Shown here piece by piece: positions 36,701 through 48,700 of a stretch of DNA of 64,000 bases (its first letter is position 1; each line of letters starts with the position of its first letter). Source of the DNA: Antedon mediterranea (Eukaryota > Animalia > Echinodermata); the NCBI RefSeq assembly GCF_964355755.1, contig NC_092672.1, positions 3,720,001 to 3,784,000 on the forward strand, in the 5' to 3' direction. The position numbers were made by a program, and so were the translations under genes. Below the pieces are notes generated by a model. The model was given only the letters and a program-made list of their open reading frames with translations, did not search any database and had not been told where the DNA came from.

Positions 36701-39700
36701 AATTTTTTTAAATGACAAAAAATAATAATCCACTAAAATGACAAAATAAATGGTTAAATTCAACCAAAAACTCTTTGGCTAGTAGTAGCCAATTGGACTA
36801 TTTTTTTGCTTTAAATTACATTTTTTTAGGTAAAGAATTTTTTTGTTTTTTTAAGATTCTCATTTTTGGTCAAAGTGAATAACTATCGTGTTACATTAAA
36901 ATGGCATATTCAACAACAAAAATTGTATAAAAAAAAACCAATATCTTAAAGTATACAGATTATAATAAAAAAATAATAATTTTGTTTTCTTTTGTAAGTA
37001 TAGTAGTAACCTGCACTACTGTACAGTGGCAACAGTAAAATTTATTTTCACCAAATTTACTTCCTAATCCTATGGTTCAGTAGAATTACAATTAAAATGT
37101 ACACATATTTTTGGTTCAAATCAGAACAGAATTTATGCAGATGGCAGGTCCTACATTTCCTTATAAATTATTTTAATTTTTATGATATAAATGAAATAAA
37201 TCTTATCATTACAGGATAATGAAGATGAGGTAGATAATGAGAAAAGAATCAAGAAAATCAGGTACAGTAATCTAATTATCAATTTATTTCCAGATAAAAT
37301 CGCCTCAATGTTTTTTGTCAATAATAACCTTTATAGGGTCTGGGTTTAAATAATGACATGTTATTGTTAGTGTACTAAATAGCACTGTATTGTTCTTTGA
37401 GCTGATCCTGTTAATTGTATGTTTCCATAAATATACAGTAAAACCTCGGAAAGAAACCCAGGGGCTTAAACCTCAGGCTTCTTTTCAAGACAGTATGGGC
37501 TTCATTTCGAGACAGACTACTCATACTGTATTGAGATGATGACGAAATTTTTGTATTTGACGGTGAATCATAGGACTGTTTTTTTGCTTTTTATAGTGTT
37601 TTTTAATTGGTATATTAAACATAATTTCATGGTTGAAAAAATGTCTCAAAAGTCACATTATTGTAGTAGAAATTCACAAAATTTACAGCATTCATTTCGA
37701 AAAGAAGCCCCCCTCTACAGTTTGCAAAAGTACTCTCGAAAAGAAGCCCATCTCGAAAAGAAGCCCATCCAAGAGCACTAAAAAAAGAAGAAGCCCATGG
37801 GCTTCTTTTCGAGGTTTTACGGTATGACAAATGTAAAATCAAAATATGTTTCTGCTGCATTATATTAATACTGTTTATAATGACCATAAAATTATTAAAA
37901 AATAGATTTTAAAATGTATATTTTTATATATCGACCGCAAGTTTTTTCTCCCAAAAACTGATTATCAATGTGCTCGGGCGTGCGATCAAGATGACTCAAG
38001 GTCACAGCGATCAATCAGTTGTGCTGTGGTAATATTTTTATAAATTCTGTGATCACTAAAACACACAATAATATTTGTTGAATTTCTTAATTGATTGTTG
38101 TTATCCACTAATTATATTTCTACAGTGTTAATGAAAGCTTCTTTGCCGTTAAAGGAGCAGCGCTAGTTCTTTCACATAGTAGTGAAATACCTGTAAGACA
38201 TATCACTAAACATCCAGGTAGGTATCCTGTATGACTCCTTTAATTCTGGATTCTCAATAAATGTAATATACTGTGATGAAGGCAATCTAACGCCCGTATT
38301 CTTAAACCGGACTTTAGTCGTAGTTCGAGCTAAAACTAAAAAAATGACGTCATTTTAATTCATAAACCGAACTTCAACTAAATCACCGACTAAATCAGGC
38401 CAACCTCGACTAAATCGAGACGGATTTTGATCGATTTTTTTAGTCCTGGAGGGGGAAGACTAAATGGTCGACTAAATGGTTTTTAAACGATGTTTATAAA
38501 AAACGTAACAGTCATTGAGTTGTTATATTGGCCAGATATTGAAGAATGAAATATCTATATTTATATTAGCTTAATTAAATATACATTATAATAATGAAAA
38601 TCATCTTTATTTACAACTGTATACAAATTACATTATTTTCTTCGCGCAAGTCCGACTTGAGCTACGTCACGCCATAGCAACAATGGGAGATGCGGCAATG
38701 TTTAGGGGGCCTAGCGCTTTCTTGTCACGCTATGAAGTGCGTGGTTCGTGGCGATCATAGTTTGTTGGGGGCCTAGAAAATATAAAAGTTACCGTACCGC
38801 CATGGTTCCTAAATATATTTTTAAGATTTTATTTGCTGTTAATCAAATATACTTCACTGTTAAATTAATACTGATATTGTTCTAATAATTAACGATTAAA
38901 ATTATTTTTCGTGTATATAGTCCTGATGCGTAAAAAGTGTTGTAAGAAATGGAAAGTAATATCAATGCGCAAAATTTCGTCTGCTCCTCAATACTCTCTT
39001 GTCATTGGCCAATGTATAGCCTTTGTTACCCAGACGTGTGCAACTCGACTAAAAGCTCGACATCATTAAGTCGAACTGCAAACTTCGACTACTTCGTTTT
39101 TTAATCGAATTTGAAGTAATAGCTCGAACTACGACTTTTCCAAGTCGAACTTCGAACTACGACTAAAGTCCGGTTTAAGAATACGGGCGTGTAGCTCTGT
39201 CTAAACTATCAAACTAGATTGACAAAAAAGTGTTATGCGCCCAAATATGGTAGTGATATACCCATATATGGTAGTGATATGATATCATCTTTTCCATACA
39301 GTATATGGGTACAGCACATTTTTTTGTCACATAAAGTTTTATAGTGTGGATGGAACGTAATGGTTTTTTTTTACATTGAGACCATTTGATAATACTCTAG
39401 CGAATTTTCCTCAGTTTCCAGTTCAACTGGAGGACCAGAATAATACATTTAACATTTTAACATGATTTCCACAAATATTCTGTGGCATATCCAGGGTTCT
39501 GAAAAGATATTATATTTTTGGTGGTTTGTGGTGATGCACCCACTTGAGGGTTTTTTATGTTTTCGACCATGTTTGGAGAAGGTGTGAATGAATTTGTTAC
39601 TTTTCGAGTTTATAGTTTTGCTACCGGTTTGTCTAGGTAAAGTGACTACCATCCCAACTGGTGTTTTGCTCATTATGTACATTATCCTTGGTAGGATTTA

Positions 39701-42700
39701 ATAAATGATTTCAATAAGAAAGGGTGTTGGTTTTCAAGGACAAAGTGTGCACTCTATCCCCCAATCCATCTCTTATTTAAATTCAAAATGTTATTACCAT
39801 TTAAAGCCTGGGTGAATACTCAATGCAATATGGCATTTTAAGGTAATATGACCTGCACATTTTATATAAACTACTTTTAATATTACACTATTACTATATA
39901 ATAACACTGTCATAAGATACATTCTGATTCTAATGATACCTTTTAAGGAAGGTGCTTAAAAGAAATTTAACCAAGAACAATAGCACATATAGAGTTCAAG
40001 GGATGTAATGAACATCTGGTCAAAAATCGAAACAATAATGACGATATATTTTACCACAGTTTATAACGCCATAAAGAATCAATTTATGTTAGATTGCCTC
40101 TTTTCATATCAAAAATGAATCTCAAACACCAGTGTTTGTGAAATAAGTTCCACATAAAGCTTTTAAAAATGTTTGTTACCATACCAGGTCAATGATCGTG
40201 GGTCTCCTTTCCAAATTGTAACAAATTTTGATGGTTCATGATAAATTTGTAAAATGCCTTTCTTTCTTTTTTTCTATCCCTCTTTTTCTTTCTGTTTCTC
40301 ATTTCTTCCTTACTGCCATGTTATCTTTTAATAACCATGACCTTAATGGAACCTAAAGGCAAATTTACACAGACAAGTAGTAACGGTAATAAAAATATAG
40401 AATCTTATGTTATTCCTTAACACAACACAGAGCAGACGCGCTCAAGATAGATACAGATTCTACGTGGGATAAGCTACAATGGGCTTACGTTCATATACAG
40501 TCTGTATATGAACGTAAGCCCATTGTAGTCAGTACTACTGTATGGAAAAACATAATACTATTATTAAGCCACGTCTAGACAAACAGAGGTGTATAGACAG
40601 TCCTTCAAATGGTTACTATGTACATTTTGAAAACAAAGCACAAAAGCATTCAGATAGCAATGTTTATTTTTTTGACTTTTTTCCTATACTATATCCTGTT
40701 CAGTATTTGTTGAACTCTGGTTCAAGGAATTCAAATGACTCTGTCTACACATAGAGATATTATATCTCTATGGTCTACACTATCAAACTAGTTTGACAAA
40801 AAAAGTGTGATGTGCCCAAATATGGTAGTGGAATTCCCAAATACATTTATTTCAATAGTTAAATTCTTTTCATGTTGCGCTGTAAGACTCCGGTAAAGAG
40901 CGCTTTATAAATGTTCGATATTATTATAATTGTACATTATGATATAATAATTATGTTGTTGAATGAGTACATAGTTTTTACACTACACATCTCTACCAAC
41001 CAAAGGAAAAAAAAAAAATGCTATATCATTATGTATTATATTTATGAATACCCTTAGACTGTCCCAATAATTCATTGTTTAAAATCTTTGTTGTCTTTTC
41101 GTTTGAACATCCTATTGACTCATTCCCGGATCATGAATAATTTGAAGTGAGCCCTCTATTTTTTAGACCTAGAATAGTTGTTTATTTTTCGTATGTTGCT
41201 CTTATTGACTGTATAGAATTATTTGATTAACTTTGTTGTTTTTTTTTTTTTAATAGTAATTGGAGAACTTCAGTTTCATTTACAGAGTATATTTTATCTT
41301 CTACGTTCAAAGGATTCAATCAAATTAGTAAGTTTATAATTTTTAAGAAAATGAGTAGAAAACAAGTATTATAAATCCAACATAATCTCATAATCCCATC
41401 ATTGTAGTTATCAAGTTGAATCTAGTTTTAAAATACCTCTATGTATACATGTTGAAGAAGAAGAAAATGAATGGGATCACCTTAGAATATATTTAGAAAA
41501 CGATATATAAACTATGCTATGTTTTAAAGAAATACAAGGAATGGGATCATCTCAGAATATCCAACCATATTTTAAAGAAATGCAAGGAATGGGATTTCTT
41601 CAGAACATTTTTTTTAAAGTATAATACTTGCTTTGTTTTTTAGCACGATAGCATCCACAATATTTAAGTTATCGTCCTGAATGTTTGGGTGTTAATACTA
41701 ATAGCTATACACTTACAAAACATGCCTATTTATTTCATAAAAATTGATATATTGGTCATGTCACAAAAGATTATATAATCTAACTTACCTGTATCTTTCA
41801 TACAAGATATTAAATAGCTCGCCCTCTGTATTCTTTTAACATGGACCGAAATATCAAGTAGTGAGTTCTCGGTTTTTGAATATAGTTTTCCTTGATATAT
41901 TTAATACTTCATTCAGTTTTCGAGTGCTTTCATTTTTAGTATTAAGAATTACAATATGGTATATATGTTTTTTTTATTTCAGGCTGTCCGCCTGGAGAGC
42001 ATTCATGAGGGCCGACTTCGATACATGGTTCTAGTTTCGTGTATTGGTCGTGAAGACACTGAAGAGAATGTTATATTGGGTATAGATATAGGAGAGAAGG
42101 GTTCTACAATTGGCTTAGTGCAAGAGATATATACAACTACTTGTATTGTATTAGATGGCGATGGGTAAGAAATCAGGTCAACATTATTCTAATGCAGTTA
42201 CTGCAGTAATAATTTTATTATTAGTACTATCATACGATTTCAGTTGTTGAGACCATCACTACAGTATGATTGCAAAAAAAAAGACGATTAAAAATATCGG
42301 AAACCTCCCACGATTTTCAGGAGACTTGAGAGGACCGACAGTAATACTATTTATCTATTTCGTTCTATTCACAATATGTTTCTGTCTACACTATCAAACT
42401 AGTTTGACAAAAAAGTGTGATGTGCCCAAGTAGTGATATGCTTAAATATGGTAGTGATATGACATCATCATGTCCGTATATGTGGACATCACAATTTGTT
42501 GTCACATAAAGTTTGATAGTGTAGACAGAGCCTTAAACTTTCCTGAAATTTAGAATATTTATTTAGGTTTATCGTTTATTTTTTATTTTTAGTGGTTTTA
42601 GTGTTTCAAATCAAGCGTCTACTCGCATATACAAACCAGTATCAGTACAGGCAATGTGGTTAGTAGTCTTTTTTTTACGTCAAATAAACAAACTATGGTA

Positions 42701-45700
42701 TAGATCCTCTACCATACAATGTTTGGCTTCAAATGTTTTGTATATACTGTACGTTTGAACCCATGGGTTTACAATTTTTTAATAAATAATAAACAAAGAC
42801 GCTCCACAATGCAAGAATTCATTTTGAATACACCAGAACCTCTCCTTTTGGTGAGGGACATCACTATTTATGGGAACTCTTTCCTGGATGAGGGTAAATA
42901 TATATGAGACACCCGTATTAAGAGGACACTTTCTTATGTCTCAAAATTGTCCCCTTAATAAGTGCTCTACTGTACTCTTAATAGCCTAAAGCTATACATT
43001 AATTGGCAGATCTACTCATAAAACTCTTTCTTCTCATCACAAATGTATGGCCAGTATGCCTTTTATATGTACTGTTGATTCTCTTAGGTCAGCATTCCAA
43101 GCCTTGCACAGAGCGAGTATGAGAGCCAGACGAAACAATTACATCCCAGATGGACTAAACCATTCCTGGACAGGGTATTACAGGAGCAGTGTTAGATCGA
43201 CTGAGTCATGTATCAACGAATGGGATTACATCAAGGATATTGTTGTTCTTCGTCCTGAACATCACACTATTCTTAGCTTTGTGTATGTTACAATGAAAAT
43301 AAACATTTCTGTTTAAAACTCTGTCTACATGAACTTTATGTGACAAAAAATGTGATGTGATGTGCCCATATATGGACATGATGATGTCATATCACTACCA
43401 TATTTGGGCATATGACTACCATATTTGAGCACATCACACTTTTTTTATAGTGTAGACAGAGCTTAACAGTGTTTTCATAGGATGACACCCAAACATCATG
43501 GTTACATGATGGTAGCAGGTACTATTTTGCATTGAGGTCAAGGTAGAGGTCAACTCTCATGGTGCTTGGTGCACATAAATACTGCCCTATTCAGTTCAGT
43601 CATGTTTTAAAATTGATAGATAGAGATAACTCTCTACCACCAATATTATTTATTTACAGTACTTTTAATGGGACACATCTATATAGGGGACATCCCTATT
43701 AAGAGGACGTCTTCCTACTGTAAAACAAATAATAGGCAACATATTCTTTTAAACTACAGCAAACACGTATTCAGGTAACACCCCCTTTAAGTGGGCACTT
43801 TGTTGAGTCCTGAAGGTGTACTCTTAATAGGGGTATACTGTCATTTTGAAATAGATTACTCTTTAAACTGTTTTTCCAATTTTGTTAACAATATTTGTAT
43901 AATTATACAGCTTATACAGTGACTACAGCTGCCTTATTATAAACTTCTACATAATTTTGAAACGGTAAATTCCTTCTAAAACTGATTATTTTTGTTTTTC
44001 AGCAAAGAAATCTATGCAGGTCTATGTCGACCGTCCGAGAAAGACATTCTACACCGGTTGATCCGAGTGAAGTTAAAAGAAATCATGTTGGAGGTTGACC
44101 TCGACGAAATAACATGTAGACAGGTGAACAAATTTAGACCAATAATTTGGTATTTAAAGCTCTATCTACACTACCACTATGTGATGTGGCCATATATAGA
44201 CACGATGATGTCATATCACTACCATATTTGGGCATATCACTACCATATTTGGGCACATCACACTTTTTTTGTCAAACTAGTTTTATAGTGTAGACAGAGC
44301 TTAATGCTAACTTCTTGATAGATATCTGACCAAGGATATCTGACACTTTTCTTGCCAAACTCAAAATTTTTTCAGTTTACAAACTAAAGTTTGCCACTGT
44401 AGACTATGGTTTAATTTCCTTGCAAATAAATGAATTCTAGATTTGTTTGACCTTCTTCTGTTTAAATTTTTTCACTTTCTCTTTTCAGATTCGGCTACAG
44501 TTGGAAGATCGAATGGATAAAGACTTAAAAGAATACAAAGGCTTTATTGACGAGCAGATGCTGTTGATATTGGGTCAGATCGATGCTCCTTCACTTATAT
44601 TTGACTACTTATACCTAGTAAGCCTTTTTATCCTATACATTAATTCTATATTGCTGATACCATAAGGTCAAAGGTTATTATCTCTTATAAAAGCTAAAAT
44701 AATTTTATGTATTTTATTTCAGTAGACAGGTAAGGTAAAGGTGAGTGCCGTGTTCATTCTGAACGTAGGGGAATGAGCTGTTAGGAGCTCATTGTACTAA
44801 GCCTCGGCATTATGTGGTAGGGTGGCCAGTTCCTTTCCACGCCGCCTTTTTTCTCCTTAGTATTTTCAACCAGGTACTCATTTACAGCTGAGTGGACTGG
44901 GAGTTGTCGGGAATTGAACCCGGGTCTATCTGTATGACAGTTAAGTGTCCTAACCACTCGGCTATCCAACTCCTGTTGCAATTGATACCATAAATTATAT
45001 ATTTCACCATATGGCCTGGCTACAAAATTTAGTAAAAATTACTACACTTTAGCTTGGTATCTGAATTCTAGCCTAAATTAGGACATTGGATTTAAAGAAG
45101 GAATCTACTATGTCTAAAGGCAAATTTACACAGACGTATAAAAATATAGAATCTATGTTATTTCTTATGACCATTTATACAAAATGCGGAGAGGATGGGC
45201 GTTTTCCACTCAGGTGGATGCAGTTTCCGCTTTCCATTACCGCTCCTCATCTATGTAAATTGGCTTTAATGCAGATCTGTTTTTATTATTCCAGGGTTCT
45301 GAGTGGAATGCATCTAACTACGATGAGTTAGAAGAAAATCAGTAAGAATTGTTTTAAACCTTAAAGCACTATGTAATAAATCATTGAAATAGTAGTAACA
45401 GGATTCAGTGTACACGCTCTCTTTTGACAGCTAAAATACATTGTAATTGAAACTACTGTGGAGTAGCTTGTGTCAGGGTGTTGAGTAATTGGTCAGATGT
45501 TTTGCCCTACTCTGACGTAATGTGTACTTTATACTAAGTACATTAAGAATATTTGCGAAAATGTAATTCTCAGGTGGGACTCGAACCTACGACCTCCAGA
45601 ACACTGACGTTCATACCTCTAGACCACCAGGCTTGCGCTAATGACTAGAGGTTAGATTTTAGCCCAAGTAAGCAGCGGGTACTGCACCACAGGATTGTAA

Positions 45701-48700
45701 TTGTTTGTAACTACTTGAGAGTTTGTTGGCATTATTGTCAGTGTACTTAGTATAAAATACAAATTACGTCAGAGTAGGGCAAAAAATCTGACCAAAAGCT
45801 GAAATAAAGTTATGAACTATTTGATATCTATTTTTGGCAGGTTATTAACATTAAATTAACAATATGTACTGTTGTTTGTTATCTAGAATTGGCTACATTC
45901 TGAATATTACCAAGGAAATCGACAACTTTTTTCCATCAACCATAACATATCATAATGTTCGGGAATATGATATTGAATCCACATATCTACTGAAATACTG
46001 GGATGATACATATAAGTTTATCAAAAGTGCCAAGTAAGTTAACCTATTTCATTTGTTTTGTTTCGTTGATTTTGTTAATTGATTATTCATTAATTTACTC
46101 ATTAACAGACTAAAAAAATTAAGCTCTGTCTACACTGTCAAACTAGTTTGACAAACAAGGTATGATGTGGCCATAAATGGTAGTGATATGCCCAAATCTG
46201 GCAGTAATATGACATCATCATGTCCATATATGGGCACATCACATTTTTTTTAACATAAACTTTGATAGTGTAGACAGAGTTTTAAACTAATGTATGTATT
46301 AATGATTTTGTTCAAATGTATTTTTAGAATGGCTGGGTCCAAAATATTGGTGCATTGCAAGATGGGTATCAGTAGATCTGCTTCCTCTGTAAGTAATATT
46401 TCTACATAAGATTGGTTCTCACTAGAACATAACGCAAGGACGTAAACGCAACACAAGCGTTTTAACCAATGACAAGCAAAGTTATAGACAGTTAGCAATC
46501 ACAAGTGAATAAGCCATCGCTTGTGATTGGTCAATTCACTTGCGTTGCGTTACGTCCTTGCGTTGCGTCGCTAGTGGGAACCACGCTTTAGAGACTATGT
46601 AGAAATGATTCTTCTGCAGTTACTGCAGTATTAACTCTTTAACCTGTTTTCCAATTATTTAACAATATTTGTATAATCATACAGAATATACAGTGACTAC
46701 AGCTACCTCATAAACATCTAAATTAAAACTAAAATCATACATTACTGCAGTATTACTCTGGCTACTGCAGTAGAATAATTTTAACATGATTCCTTAGTAA
46801 TTTCAACCTGTTGGTTGGGAACTGAATAAAATAAAAATAAATAAAGTTACTAAAAAATACAGTGCTTGCAAATACAAATACATTTATTCATCAAATCACA
46901 AATCACAAGAAAAAGATAGTATGTACAATGTTTCAGGAAAATTATGAAATGGGGTCTCAGGAAACTAGGAGGATTGTATGATATAGACCCCAGATTACTT
47001 TAAAAAAGATTATATAGAATAGAGATACTGTAACTGCATTAATACAGGTACAACCCACTTTGGTAGAGTGCCGGAAACTAATATATTGACTAACATTTTG
47101 AATCTTATTTTGTTTGGTTTCATTTAGGTGATAGCTTATATCATGAAAGAGTACAAATGGCCAATGAAGCGGGCATTCGATTTTGTAAAGGGTAAACGAA
47201 AATGTATCAAACCCAACAGTGCCTTTATGAACCAGCTAGTTGAGTACCAAGGAATTCTAGATGCCAGGTAAAATCTTCTGTTTGATTTCAGTTATATGCT
47301 TTGCAATCACATCTATGTCAAATCTTTTGATAAAAAATAAGGTTTCGGTTTTTTTTCAAAAGATGTACCAAAATATATATCATGTATATTTATATATTAA
47401 CTGAAAAAGAAAATATGAACCAGTAATAGTAATATTAATACAGTCAATACAAAACGATACTGGACAACTTTGGGCTGGCCTAATATGTCTGGTTTTCCAA
47501 ATATTCTGGTATTACGGCATGTGTTTTTAATGGTTAAAAAAATTGGGAGATAATTGGAATCTTTTGGGCCCCAAAAATAGTCTGGTTTTTGAAGACCTGT
47601 TGTGCTGTCTGTTCAAACTCAATTGGATATTTACAACTTTTTTTCATTTATATTTATATTTATTGTGTAATAGTAACCAACGACTTAACCCACTGTGGCG
47701 TAGCAAGTCTGAGAGTTCACTTAGTGCCTGTAGCTCGGAAGCTCATGACACATCGGAGATCTTTTCCAGCACCGAAGACCTTCTACTTACTCCTGAAGTA
47801 AATGTACCGCATCGTTCTAAATCTTGGTGCAATAGAAAAGACTTCCCTGTACAAGAACCGTGTTTGGAAGATCGAAATTCTGCACCGGCAGAGGAAGTCA
47901 TCAGCTTCCAAGTGGAACCAACAAAGTGCGATAGTGACAGCAGTTCTGAGACTGTGTCACTGGACGGAAGCTGTAAAACCAGTGAAGACATAACTGCCAA
48001 CAGATTAAGTGTGGGTGAGGTTGTTAAACAAATTGAACAAAAAGGAAGTGAACCTGATACCTTAATAATTACCAAACGACCAAATTCATTAGGAGATGCT
48101 CTGGTGACCGTCACTGAAAACGCTCCATCGTTACCCACACCAGATGTGTTCAGTCCGGAGGATGTAGACACCAGTAAAGTGCCAGAATGTGATGCTGATG
48201 CCACCATCGAGGGTGACACAGGGGATGTGCAATTGAATGCCACAAAGAAATATGAACTCGAAAGCATTCCATGGAATCCAGGAACTGTTCTGAAGCAAAA
48301 GCAAGACATTGAGGAACGGTTGAAAGACGTCAAAGAGGCGAGTCCTCCGGCAGTGCGCTCGGAGAAAATGAGGAGTCGTCCCGGAAGTGAAGAGATCCAA
48401 AATGTGGACAGTGATAACATTTTAGCTGGAGAGGTCAAACGAATGAGTAGTGAACTTGCGAAAATGAGAGTTGAAGAAGAAAGTGGTGATGACACAAACC
48501 CTGCAATAATAATTCAATTAGGTAACCAGGAGCAACAAACTGATTACAATGTAAATAAAGTAGAATCAAAAGATAAACTAAACCCGCAATCGACTAATTC
48601 AAATAGCTCAGATCAACCACCATCTAAAGTACTCTCCCCGACCATTTGTGGTCTTGAACCAGGAATTGTTAAAAAGAAGACAGAACGTTTTTCTTCCATA

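Noticed and set aside
45508-45565. Hammerhead ribozyme (CTGA...GAAA)
   Set aside because: The core reads CTGACGTA rather than CTGANGA and the stems are not evident.
45560-45640. Functional tRNA gene
   Set aside because: A/B boxes are present but the acceptor stem does not pair, and it lies within a repeat.
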